From: Candidatus Magasanikbacteria bacterium CG10_big_fil_rev_8_21_14_0_10_36_32
GTDB taxonomy: Bacteria; Patescibacteriota; Patescibacteriia; Magasanikbacterales; GWA2-37-8
Reading direction: 5' to 3'
NCBI GenBank assembly: GCA_002778465.1
Contig: PFBV01000004.1
Coordinates: 35,943 to 99,701, forward strand
DNA: 63,759 bases
In this document: one piece after another, positions 27,892-36,640 of the stretch
Numbering within the stretch: position 1 is the first letter of the stretch
Layout: each line of letters begins with the position of its first letter
Notes under the pieces: model-generated
Seen by the model: the letters and a program-made list of their open reading frames with translations, nothing else
Told to the model about the DNA's origin: nothing
Databases searched by the model: none
Position numbers and translations under genes: made by a program

Positions 27892-29064
27892 ATGGAAAAT
27901 GAAATGAAGAGTTGTGGTTTTTTTAGGAAGAGTTTGCCTTGGGTGGTTGTTTTTATTCTGATGCTGTCGGCATTCGGCGGCGGTATGTGTTGTTCTCATG
28001 TCACCTCTATGGCTCGGGAAGACCGGCTGGAGGATGTGTTGGACAACATTCGCGAGAATCATGTCGGTTCTTACGATGAAGATGAATTGTATTACGGGGC
28101 CATCAAGGGAGCTGTGGAATCGCTAAATGATCCTTTTACCAGTTATTTGACTCCGTCTGAGGCGACGGCTTATTTCAAAAGAAATAAGGGTGAAATGGTC
28201 GGTATCGGTATTGGCTATCAGATTGACCAGCAGAAACAATTTAGAATTATTTCTGTGGTGGTTGGCGGTCCGGCTGACAAAGCCGGTCTGCGAAGTGGCG
28301 ATATTATTTTGAAAGTTGACGGAGCAGAACTTGTTGGTTTGGACATGCAGGGATTTTCTGATAAGGTTAGGGGAAAGGAAAATACTCAAGTAAAACTGAC
28401 TGTTCAAAAGGTAGATTCGGAACAGCCGGCAGAAGTCATTATTGTTCGTTCAAAGGTTATTTTTCCGACAGTGACTTGCTCTATCAAAAATACTAGCATT
28501 CTTTATATCTCAGTCAGCCATTTTAATGACGCTGTTATGAATGGTGTTTATAACTGCGCTCGTCAGTATGTGAACGAAAATACTGTAGGAATAGTTCTTG
28601 ATTTGCGCAATAATCCCGGCGGTTCACTGGAAGCATCCAGAAAGTTGGCTAGCGAGTGGATGACAAAAAGTGATATGCTGGTTTATACGATTAAAGATCG
28701 TAAGGGCAAAGATGAACTCGGAATGTCATCTGAGGAGCATCTTTTTGCCGGCATGAAAACAGTCGTATTGGTAAATAAAGGTTCAGCCTCAGCTTCTGAA
28801 GTGGTCGCCGGCGCTTTGCAGGATTACAAGTTGGCGACTATTATCGGCGAGAAAACTTATGGCAAGGGAGTGGGACAACACCTTACGGTCTTGTCAGATG
28901 GTTCGTTGCTGATATTGGTATCATTCAAATGGTACACACCTCTTGGTCGCAATGTCCACAAAATCGGTTTAACGCCGGATATTCGAATTTCGGTTGATAT
29001 GGACAAGGTCGGATGGGACACTGATCCTGTTTTGGACAAGGCATTGGAGTTTCTTTCCAAGTAG
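27892..29064 (+). CDS. S41 C-terminal processing peptidase, second copy (GC-shifted)
   Basis: GGGAGG RBS upstream of the ATG at 27892. PDZ (GLRSGDIILKVD), LDLRNNPGGSL, GSASASEV, GEKTYGKG. 31/60 GC at 28261-28320. Confidence 0.85.
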   Translation: MENEMKSCGFFRKSLPWVVVFILMLSAFGGGMCCSHVTSMAREDRLEDVLDNIRENHVGSYDEDELYYGAIKGAVESLNDPFTSYLTPSEATAYFKRNKGEMVGIGIGYQIDQQKQFRIISVVVGGPADKAGLRSGDIILKVDGAELVGLDMQGFSDKVRGKENTQVKLTVQKVDSEQPAEVIIVRSKVIFPTVTCSIKNTSILYISVSHFNDAVMNGVYNCARQYVNENTVGIVLDLRNNPGGSLEASRKLASEWMTKSDMLVYTIKDRKGKDELGMSSEEHLFAGMKTVVLVNKGSASASEVVAGALQDYKLATIIGEKTYGKGVGQHLTVLSDGSLLILVSFKWYTPLGRNVHKIGLTPDIRISVDMDKVGWDTDPVLDKALEFLSK

Positions 29065-29092
29065 CGGATAATCAGTTCTTTTTTAAAAAATA

Positions 29093-29130
29093 CCCCCCTA
29101 AGTTTAGAGATTTAGGGGGGTTTTATTTTT
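29093..29130. terminator. bidirectional intrinsic terminator (S41-2 / era)
   Basis: CCCCCCTAA (29093-101) pairs with TTAGGGGGG (29112-120), followed by TTTTATTTTT. Confidence 0.75.
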
Positions 29131-29135
29131 ATTTT

Positions 29136-30035
29136 TTAAATTTTATTTTCCCAATGTTTATCCGTTTCCACTTCTAATTCCAAAAATACTTTTTTGTTTA
29201 AGGCTGTTTCTAATTCTTTGCGCGCGGCAATTCCAATTTCTTTGATGGCTCGGCCATTGGCACCGATAATCATTTTTTTGTAACGCGGTTCATTGGTATA
29301 AATTGTCGCTTTAATTATTAATAATCCGCTGTCATTTTTTGTTTTTGCATCTTTTTCTTCAATACCAGTTACAACTACATGAGTGGTGTAAGGAACTTCT
29401 TTGCGCAAAGCCAAAAATATTTTTTCTCGGATAATTTCAGCTATCCAAAATTTGGGGTCAATATTAGTCATTTGTTCCGGCGGATAAAGCGCCGGACCTT
29501 CTGGCAATAATTCAAAAACCTTATCTCGCAACGGTTGAACATGGCTATTGTTTAAAGCTGACAGCTCAAAAACAGCGGAAAAATTATCTCCTAATTCGCG
29601 ATAATCCTGCACATATAATTTTTCGTTCATCGGCAAGTCAGATTTGTTAATAGCCATTATCTTAGGAACAGTCAGTTGTCGAATTAAAGATAAATTGTAT
29701 CTTTCTTCAGCGCCGATGCTTTTTGATGGATCAACCACATAAATTATTACATCAATATCTTTTATCGCTTCTTGAACACGTTTAGTCAATCGTCCGGCCA
29801 ACAAATTGCTTTGTTTAAAAATACCCGGTGTATCAACAAAAACCGCTTGGCCTTGTGGCGTGTTTAAAACCCCATGAATAATATTACGGGTAGTTTGCGG
29901 TTTATCAGTGACAATTGCCACTTTGGTGCCAATTAGTGTATTTAGCAAAGTAGACTTACCCACATTGGAACGTCCAACTAGAGTAATTATGCCGCTTTTT
30001 TGATAATCAGGTTGGTTATTGTTTTTTGTTGTCAT
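29136..30035 (-). CDS. era: GTPase Era
   Basis: GRSNVGKSTLLN, DTPG, NKSD and a C-terminal KH domain. The internal ATG at 30035 is preferred. Confidence 0.92.
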   Translation of the reverse strand: MTTKNNNQPDYQKSGIITLVGRSNVGKSTLLNTLIGTKVAIVTDKPQTTRNIIHGVLNTPQGQAVFVDTPGIFKQSNLLAGRLTKRVQEAIKDIDVIIYVVDPSKSIGAEERYNLSLIRQLTVPKIMAINKSDLPMNEKLYVQDYRELGDNFSAVFELSALNNSHVQPLRDKVFELLPEGPALYPPEQMTNIDPKFWIAEIIREKIFLALRKEVPYTTHVVVTGIEEKDAKTKNDSGLLIIKATIYTNEPRYKKMIIGANGRAIKEIGIAARKELETALNKKVFLELEVETDKHWENKI

Positions 30036-30083
30036 ATTGGTATAATAATAACGCAATTAATTAAAAAAATCAACCCCATTATT

Positions 30084-30518
30084 ATGAAAGTAATTTTTTT
30101 ACAAAATGTGCCCAATGTGGGAAAAAAAGATGAAATTAAAAATGTATCCGACGGTTACGCAGTTAATTTTTTATTGCCGCGTCATTTGGCTGTGGCAGCG
30201 TCAGCAATGGCGATTAATGAATTGGAAATTCGTCGGCGGAAAATTACAAAAGATGCTGAACTTGATTTTCGGCAGCAAAGTGGTTTAGCTGAAAGATTAA
30301 AAAATGTTAAATTGGTTTTTGAAGAAAAAGCTAATGAAGCAGGAATGCTTTATGCCGCCGTTGGACAGCAGAAAATTGTCGAAGCGCTGAAACGGCAGGG
30401 GATAGAGATTGAAAAAGGGCAGATTTTAATTCAGCCGATTAAAAAAGCCGGTGAATATAAAGCTGAGATAAAATTACGGCATGGAATATCTTCAAAAATT
30501 TCCATTACGGTAAAATAA
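30084..30518 (+). CDS. rplI: 50S ribosomal protein L9
   Basis: MKVIFLQNVPNVGKKDEIKNVSDGYAVNFLLP. Internal ATG at 30084. Confidence 0.92.
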   Translation: MKVIFLQNVPNVGKKDEIKNVSDGYAVNFLLPRHLAVAASAMAINELEIRRRKITKDAELDFRQQSGLAERLKNVKLVFEEKANEAGMLYAAVGQQKIVEALKRQGIEIEKGQILIQPIKKAGEYKAEIKLRHGISSKISITVK

Positions 30519-30527
30519 TAAAATAAA

Positions 30528-30557
30528 AGCCCCGACCGAAGTCGGGGCTGGTTTTTT
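30528..30557. terminator. bidirectional intrinsic terminator
   Basis: AGCCCCGAC (30528-36), loop CGAA, GTCGGGGCT (30541-49), then GGTTTTTT. A-rich on the left. Confidence 0.8.
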
Positions 30558-30574
30558 GGAGAAAAAGGTGGCGA

Positions 30575-30926
30575 TCAGATGAATTCCCAGACGTGCTCGT
30601 AGTGGTCGCAGACCACGCAGAGGTCGATATCCTGGTCATCTGGTTTCTTTTGTAACTCTTTCCGCAGATGTTGCAGACCGCAGTTATGACTATCTTGTAC
30701 CGGAGCGTCCTTTTGCCGCAGCAGTGCGTATCACCCTTGACGGTCGAACCGAAGATGCCACGAACTGGCACGATGTCGATCTGTTCTGTTCCTTTTTGGG
30801 GAACTGGCCTGTGGTGTCCGGGAACCGTCTTGTTGGATTCGGGAACCATTGACGAACATCGGGCACATAGACATTTCTTTGCCGTGTTTTTCTCCTTGTT
30901 TTTAGGTTTCCTTTGAGGATTGCCAT
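30575..30926 (-). pseudogene. frameshifted CxxC-rich (zinc-ribbon-like) small ORF, or unannotated small gene, in a ~57% GC segment
   Basis: Minus-strand reading is split over three frames: MAILKGNLKTRRK.. / ..KKCLCARCSSMVPES..HCCGKRT..CNICGKSYK / ..KKPDDQDIDLCVVCDHYEHVWEFI*. The last stop, at 30575, is 25 nt before the terminator. Frame junctions coincide with A-runs. Confidence 0.3.
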
Positions 30927-31004
30927 GTTTTTAAAGAACTGAGTAGTTTAGTACATTTTGAGGGTTTTGTACAGGGTTTATTTAGGCGTTGGAAATTAGT
31001 AAAT

Positions 31005-31036
31005 AGAAATTAAAAACCTCGGCCATTCGCCGGGGT
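31005..31036. terminator. bidirectional intrinsic terminator
   Basis: AACCTCGGC (31005-13) pairs with GCCGGGGTT (31019-27) with one G-U pair. T-runs on both strands. Confidence 0.65.
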
Positions 31037-31061
31037 TTTTGTTTTTGTGTTTTTTGTGAAT

Positions 31062-32462
31062 TTATCGTCCCACCATCCTACCTAGAATATTGAATGTTTT
31101 TAAAACAATTACCAAATCTAAAATTACATTGCGATTTTTAATATAAAATAAATCATATTCCAGTTTGCGCAGATTTTCTTCCATTGTACCGTAATAAGAA
31201 TTTTGTAGTTGTGCCCAACCGGTCAAACCAGGTTTGACTAAATGTCGCAGATTATAAAACGGCATCGTGTCGGTTAATTGTGTTACAAATTCTGGGCGTT
31301 CCGGACGTGGTCCTATAATACTCATTTCTCCTTTTAAAATATTTATAAATTGAGGAACTTCATCTAATCGGGATTTTCTTAATAATTTTCCTATTAAGGT
31401 GATACGCGGGTCATTGATGGCGGCGAATTTTGGTCCGTTGATTTCAGCACTGCCGCCTTGTCCGAGCGATTTCATAGTGCGATATTTATAAATTCTGAAA
31501 GTTTTTCCCAACCGCCCGACGCGTTCCTGATTTATAAAGACTGGTCCGCGGGAAGTTATTTTAATCAGCAAAGCGATTATTGGAAAAGTCACGGCAAAAA
31601 ATATACTCATTATCACGGCTAGAAAATAATCCATCAAAATTCGTCCGCGGTCATAAATTTTTTTATTTTGTTCCTGTAAATTTTCAATAAACCAGCTTTC
31701 GGAAAAAGTGAATGGAGGAATTCTTTTAAAAATTTCTTCGTAAAAATTTGCCAAGTTGATTACTCCGACTTGATAAAACAAATCAGCGTACATTTGTTTC
31801 ATCACTTCTTGATTTTGCGACATTGATGGCGCCACTACAAATAATTGAACAGCGCGTTGTTTAATCAGATGATTAATTTCAGAGAAATTTTTTTCTAAAA
31901 TTATTTTTTTAAAATCTTTGTATTTTTCTTGATTTAATTCTGATTCATCTTGCGCAGTGCCAATAATTCCAGCCACCGCATAGCCCCACTCAGGTTCTTT
32001 TTGTAAAATATCAATCAGCTCCGCTGTTTCTTTGGTAAAACCGGCAAATACCAATTGTATTTTTAGAGATGTGGAAATAAAATGATTATAAATAAAACGC
32101 CAGCCAGCTACCAATCCAAATCCGACCAAAGTACATAGCAGAAGGATGGTTTTTGGAGCGGAAACAGTTTTTGTCGGATTGATGTAAAAAAAGGCGATGC
32201 CAAATGCCAACCAAATAATCGCCGCAATTATAATTTTTTGAAAAAATGGCCAAGAATTTCTGGATTGGTTTAAATCATATAAACCCATAATAAATAACAA
32301 TATGACGGCTAAAATAAAAAGCCAAATCATTTGAGATGACAAGTCGGAAAAAGTTGGTGTGGTGAATTGCCAATAGCGCAAAACCAGTGCAAAATAAAGT
32401 CCGACATAAAGCAGGAGCATGTCGCCAATCACCAACGCTATTTGTTTAAAGCGGTAGTACAT
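31062..32462 (-). CDS. polyprenyl-phosphate sugar phosphotransferase (WbaP/EpsB-type initiating transferase)
   Basis: N-terminal TM helices plus C-terminal bacterial sugar-transferase domain (..LDEVPQFINILKGEMSIIGPRPERPEF..GLTGWAQ). Confidence 0.88.
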   Translation of the reverse strand: MYYRFKQIALVIGDMLLLYVGLYFALVLRYWQFTTPTFSDLSSQMIWLFILAVILLFIMGLYDLNQSRNSWPFFQKIIIAAIIWLAFGIAFFYINPTKTVSAPKTILLLCTLVGFGLVAGWRFIYNHFISTSLKIQLVFAGFTKETAELIDILQKEPEWGYAVAGIIGTAQDESELNQEKYKDFKKIILEKNFSEINHLIKQRAVQLFVVAPSMSQNQEVMKQMYADLFYQVGVINLANFYEEIFKRIPPFTFSESWFIENLQEQNKKIYDRGRILMDYFLAVIMSIFFAVTFPIIALLIKITSRGPVFINQERVGRLGKTFRIYKYRTMKSLGQGGSAEINGPKFAAINDPRITLIGKLLRKSRLDEVPQFINILKGEMSIIGPRPERPEFVTQLTDTMPFYNLRHLVKPGLTGWAQLQNSYYGTMEENLRKLEYDLFYIKNRNVILDLVIVLKTFNILGRMVGR

Positions 32463-32501
32463 AAAGTGGATTTTATCGTTTATTTACTGTATAATATTGA
32501 T

Positions 32502-34487
32502 ATGAATTTATTGAATTCATTTTACACTAATTGGCTTAAAAAATCAACTATTTTATGGGTAGTTGGTGGTTTTTTGTTATGTGTTGTTCCTGTGGCGGTT
32601 TCAGCTCGTGTCCCTGATGATCAATGGTATATTTTGCAGGATCGAGTTTGGAATCAAATTCAAGCGCCTCAAGCATGGAATTATGAAACAGGAAATGGTC
32701 AAGTGGTTGTGGCAGTGATAGACACCGGTGTGGATATTTCTAATCCAGAGCTTAGTCAGAATATATGGTTAAACGAAGATGAAGTGGCTGATAATGGAAT
32801 TGATGATGATAATAATGGTTATGTTGATGATTTACACGGTTGGAATTTTGTTGGAAAAGATAATAATATTGTTCCACCGGCTTTTGCAGAAAAACTGGAA
32901 GAGGGGGCAGCTCAACACGGTACTTTAATTTCAGGTTTGATCGGTGCGATTGGAAATAATAAATCATTGGGCACCGGTTTAAATTGGCGTGTAAAAATTA
33001 TGCCTTTGAGGGTTATGGACAATAATGGTTCCGGTTCATATGGCAATATAACCGCAGCGGTTGAGTATGCTATAAAAAATAAAGCCAATGTTATTAGTAT
33101 TAGTATTGTTGGTGAAGTATTGGAAGAAGAAATGCGTTCAGTTATGCGTCGGGCTTACGATGCCGGTATTGTAATTGTCGCTGCCGCTGGAAATAGTCCT
33201 AAATTAGTCAGTGGTTCAATTGATACCAATCCTGTTTATCCTGTTTGTTTTGATAAAGACAGTTCTGACAATTGGTTGATTGGTGTTACCTCAGTGGATA
33301 GAAGTGATAGTTTAAGTTCGTTCGCCAGCTGTGGTCCGTGCGTGGACATTATGGCTCCGGGTGAAAATATCTACAGTACGGAATTGTACGCTCCATCAGC
33401 CGGATTAAGCGGTCAATTTGGCGGTCCGTGGAGTGGCACATCTTTTTCTGTGCCATTGGTGGCCGGCAGCGCCGCTTTATTAAAATCAATTCGTCCCGAA
33501 TGGAGTGCAAAAGAAATTATTTTGGCTTTGCTTAATTCTGCCGATGTTGTTGATGAAAAAAACCCGGATTTTGTCGGACAGATTGGTTACGGACGGCTTA
33601 ATATCGGTCGGGCGGCGGAAAATGCCTATTTGAGCAAGCCGGTTGATTTGGATATTTTTAATTTATACAGTTTTAATAATAAAAAAATATATTTTTATCA
33701 GCCGCAATTATTTAAGAATGTTTATTTAACGTCTTTAGATTGGTCTGTAATAAATATGGCTTATGGAGATTTAAACAATGACGGAATTCAGGAAATAGCG
33801 ACGATGACAAAAAATAAAAATAATTATCAAATTAACATTGTATCTTCCAAAGGCAATATAATTTTTCAATATAATATTAAACTATCTAAATTAGGCAGCA
33901 ATTTTACAGGTTTGAATATCTATTCACAGAACAATAATCAATTTTTAATTGTCAGTGAATATGACAATAAAACAAATAAAACAAAATTTTTAAAATTAAA
34001 TTGGCGTTCCGGAGAAAAAATAACGGAAGTTTCTCTTTTGGGAAGATTTGTGTCGTGGTCGTTGAAAAAAACAGAAGAAAAAATTGTGGCGCTTCAGCAA
34101 ACAAATTCATCTTTGCGGCTGTTGGAGTATGATTGGAATGCTAATAAAATTGTAGATTGGAGATTAACCGGGGTGAGCGGAGTGCCGGCTTTGGCAGTAG
34201 GAAAAGTTTGGTCTGGTGATACTGAACAAGCGGTTATAACTGTTAATCGCGGAAAAAATAGTGAAATGTATGTTTATGATTTGTCTAATAGCAGTTTTAT
34301 TCGTGAATCTTTCGGTTTGGCGGAAAAATATAAGCAAAATATTATTTTAAAAGATATAAATTTTGATGGTTTATCAGAAATTTTACATTTTCAATCGGGC
34401 GGAGGAAATTTTTCGGTTATTGACGGCAAAGGAAAGTGGCTTCAGAGTTTGAGGATTGATAAAATTTCAGGCCAATTAGCTGATTAA
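32502..34487 (+). CDS. secreted S8 (subtilisin-family) serine peptidase with C-terminal FG-GAP-like repeats
   Basis: Signal peptide. Catalytic triad motifs VAVIDTGVD / HGTLISG / SGTSFSVP. DLNNDGIQEIA and DINFDGLSEIL repeats. Confidence 0.85.
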   Translation: MNLLNSFYTNWLKKSTILWVVGGFLLCVVPVAVSARVPDDQWYILQDRVWNQIQAPQAWNYETGNGQVVVAVIDTGVDISNPELSQNIWLNEDEVADNGIDDDNNGYVDDLHGWNFVGKDNNIVPPAFAEKLEEGAAQHGTLISGLIGAIGNNKSLGTGLNWRVKIMPLRVMDNNGSGSYGNITAAVEYAIKNKANVISISIVGEVLEEEMRSVMRRAYDAGIVIVAAAGNSPKLVSGSIDTNPVYPVCFDKDSSDNWLIGVTSVDRSDSLSSFASCGPCVDIMAPGENIYSTELYAPSAGLSGQFGGPWSGTSFSVPLVAGSAALLKSIRPEWSAKEIILALLNSADVVDEKNPDFVGQIGYGRLNIGRAAENAYLSKPVDLDIFNLYSFNNKKIYFYQPQLFKNVYLTSLDWSVINMAYGDLNNDGIQEIATMTKNKNNYQINIVSSKGNIIFQYNIKLSKLGSNFTGLNIYSQNNNQFLIVSEYDNKTNKTKFLKLNWRSGEKITEVSLLGRFVSWSLKKTEEKIVALQQTNSSLRLLEYDWNANKIVDWRLTGVSGVPALAVGKVWSGDTEQAVITVNRGKNSEMYVYDLSNSSFIRESFGLAEKYKQNIILKDINFDGLSEILHFQSGGGNFSVIDGKGKWLQSLRIDKISGQLAD

Positions 34488-34608
34488 GCTCAGTTGCACG
34501 GTGTTGTTTTTTCTGATATTCTATACTTAGCAAGTAACAAGTAATAAATTGACAAATTTTGTTTTTTTAATTGTAATTTTGCATTTTGATTTTTGATTTT
34601 ATTTTTTT

Positions 34609-35631
34609 ATGGATACTCCAATTTTTGAAAAAAAGAATGTTTTAGTCACCGGTGGAGCAGGTTTCATTGGTTCGCATTTATGCGAGCGTCTTTTAAAAGA
34701 TTCAAAAGTTATTTGTATTGATGATTTTTCAAACTCCAATCCGCAAAATATCACTCATCTTTTACAATATCCTGATTTTGAATTTATTAATTGCGATGTT
34801 GCCCAGCCGATTGATTTGGATAAATTTGAAGAGTTAAATAAATTTAAAGTTAAATTTCAGGGTATTCAGGAGATTTATCATTTGGCTTGTCCGACCAGTC
34901 CGAAAGATTTTGAAAGGTTTAAAATGAAATCCTTAACGGCCAATTCATCGGCCATGTTAAATACTTTAGATTTGGCAGTACAATATCATGCCAAATATGT
35001 TTTTGCGTCAAGTTCTGTTGTTTATGGAAATGCGTCCGAAACTAAATGGTCGTTTAAAGAAACTGATCAAGGTGTGGTTGACCATTTATCATCTCGCGCT
35101 TGTTATGATGAGGGTAAGCGTTTTGCTGAAACTTGCGTGGAAACTTATCGTCAAGTGCACGGTGTAGACGCGAAAATTGCTCGCATTTTTACTACCTATG
35201 GTCCGCGTATGCGTTTGTTTCAAGGATTGTTAATACCTGATTTTGTTGTCAGTGCCATTGAAGGAAAAGATTTGGTAATTTATGGCGATGAAAATATGTC
35301 AATGTCGTTGTGCTATATCAGTGATATGATTACGGGTCTGACAAAATTAATGGCGTCCGATCCGGAAGTTAAAATTATTAATTTAGGTGATGAAAAAATT
35401 ATAAAATTATCTGAAGTGGCACAGATGATTATTCAAATGACTAATTCCAATTCAAAAATAACTTTTGAAAATCCGTTAGTCTTTTTGACCACCAAAGGCG
35501 CGCCTGATTTGGTTTATGTGAAAGATGTGCTTGGTTGGATGCCTTTAACCAGACTGGAAGACGGTTTAGAGAAAACCATTGAATATGTGGTGGCTAACAA
35601 AGAAGCTTTATTGTTCAATCACAAAAATTAA
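34609..35631 (+). CDS. NAD-dependent epimerase/dehydratase (UDP-glucuronate decarboxylase-like SDR)
   Basis: GGAGFIGSHL Rossmann motif and YDEGKR (YxxxK). Confidence 0.82.
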   Translation: MDTPIFEKKNVLVTGGAGFIGSHLCERLLKDSKVICIDDFSNSNPQNITHLLQYPDFEFINCDVAQPIDLDKFEELNKFKVKFQGIQEIYHLACPTSPKDFERFKMKSLTANSSAMLNTLDLAVQYHAKYVFASSSVVYGNASETKWSFKETDQGVVDHLSSRACYDEGKRFAETCVETYRQVHGVDAKIARIFTTYGPRMRLFQGLLIPDFVVSAIEGKDLVIYGDENMSMSLCYISDMITGLTKLMASDPEVKIINLGDEKIIKLSEVAQMIIQMTNSNSKITFENPLVFLTTKGAPDLVYVKDVLGWMPLTRLEDGLEKTIEYVVANKEALLFNHKN

Positions 35632-35634
35632 ATT

Positions 35635-36297
35635 ATGATTTTTGTTGTTATTCCGGCGTATAATGAAGAAAAAAATATAGGCCGCGTTGTACGCGGCCTT
35701 ATTCAATATGGTTATGCCAATATTGTGGTTATTGATGACGGTTCTTGTGATAAGACCGGCGAGGAAGCGCGAATAGCCGGCGCGGTTGTTTTGCATCACA
35801 CAATCAATCGCGGACAAGGTGCAGCGTTGCAAACAGGTGATGATTATATTTTATTGCGTGGCGCCTCAGTAGCGGTTCATTTTGATGCCGATGGACAATT
35901 TGACGCGGCTGATATCGCTCCAGCCATAAAATTATTACAGGAAAAACAGTTGGATGTTGTTTTGGGTTCCCGATTTTTAGATAATCGTTCGCGAATTCCA
36001 TTTTTTAAAAAATTCGTGGTTTTTCCTGTCGGACGGCTGATTAATTTTTTTCTTACCGGTTTGAAATTATCTGATGTGCATAATGGTTTTCGTATTTTAT
36101 CTCGTCACGCTTTGGAACAGATTCATATTACTCAAGACGGTATGGCGCATAATTCTGAAATCATCGCTCAAATAAAAAAGAAAAATTTAAAATTTGCCGA
36201 ACAACCGGTGTTAGTTTATTATTATGAATATGGACAGGGAATTGGAGGTGGATTAAAAATTCTTCGTGATTGGATTTTAGCAAAATTAATTAAGTAA
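35635..36297 (+). CDS. family 2 glycosyltransferase (polyprenyl-phosphate sugar synthase-like)
   Basis: VIPAYNEEKNI, IDDGSCDKT, FDADGQ (DxD). Confidence 0.85.
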   Translation: MIFVVIPAYNEEKNIGRVVRGLIQYGYANIVVIDDGSCDKTGEEARIAGAVVLHHTINRGQGAALQTGDDYILLRGASVAVHFDADGQFDAADIAPAIKLLQEKQLDVVLGSRFLDNRSRIPFFKKFVVFPVGRLINFFLTGLKLSDVHNGFRILSRHALEQIHITQDGMAHNSEIIAQIKKKNLKFAEQPVLVYYYEYGQGIGGGLKILRDWILAKLIK

Positions 36298-36307
36298 TTA
36301 TTATTTT

Positions 36308-36640
36308 ATGTTGGCTATACAATTAATTTTAATCGCTTTATTCGCTTTGATTGTTTTAAAAACAGTTTTTCGTTTTCGCGCCGGTGATTTAAATTGGAAA
36401 GAATTAATTTTTTGGTTGATTTTTTGGTTGGCGGCAATGGTCATTGTCATCAGTCCGGACAGCACTTTTTATTTAGCCAATAAATTAGGTATCGGCCGCG
36501 GCGCGGATTTGATTGTTTATGTTGCTTTAGTTTTATTATTTATTATGGTTTTTGGTTTGACGGTTAAATTGGAAAAAATGAATCGGGATATAACGAAATT
36601 GACGCGAAAAAATACATTAAATAATGAAGAAAAAAAATGA
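36308..36640 (+). CDS. small membrane protein (DUF2304-like, GT2-associated)
   Basis: 110 aa with three hydrophobic helices, directly after the GT2 gene. Confidence 0.5.
   Translation: MLAIQLILIALFALIVLKTVFRFRAGDLNWKELIFWLIFWLAAMVIVISPDSTFYLANKLGIGRGADLIVYVALVLLFIMVFGLTVKLEKMNRDITKLTRKNTLNNEEKK

Noticed and set aside
30668-30916. 82-aa plus-strand ORF in the GC-rich segment
   Set aside because: It has no promoter or RBS downstream of the rplI terminator, its composition is hydrophobic and random-like, and the minus-strand reading gives repeated Cys-pair motifs and a stop correctly placed before a terminator.
30558-30930. GC-rich segment as tmRNA, RNase P RNA or a tRNA cluster
   Set aside because: I found no GGAAAGTCCGG / ACAGAACCCGGCTTA RNase P blocks, no tmRNA 5' GGGG..., no tRNA-like 3' end with GGTTCGA.TCC...CCA, and no cloverleaf. 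The CxxC-rich coding potential on the minus strand explains the segment better. An Infernal scan is still advisable.
36637-36640. Possible alternative genetic code (UGA recoding), as in some CPR lineages
   Set aside because: TGA cleanly terminates well-defined genes here (36640, 37761, 25208, 54249) at positions consistent with family lengths and ATGA start/stop coupling. The standard code 11 fits.
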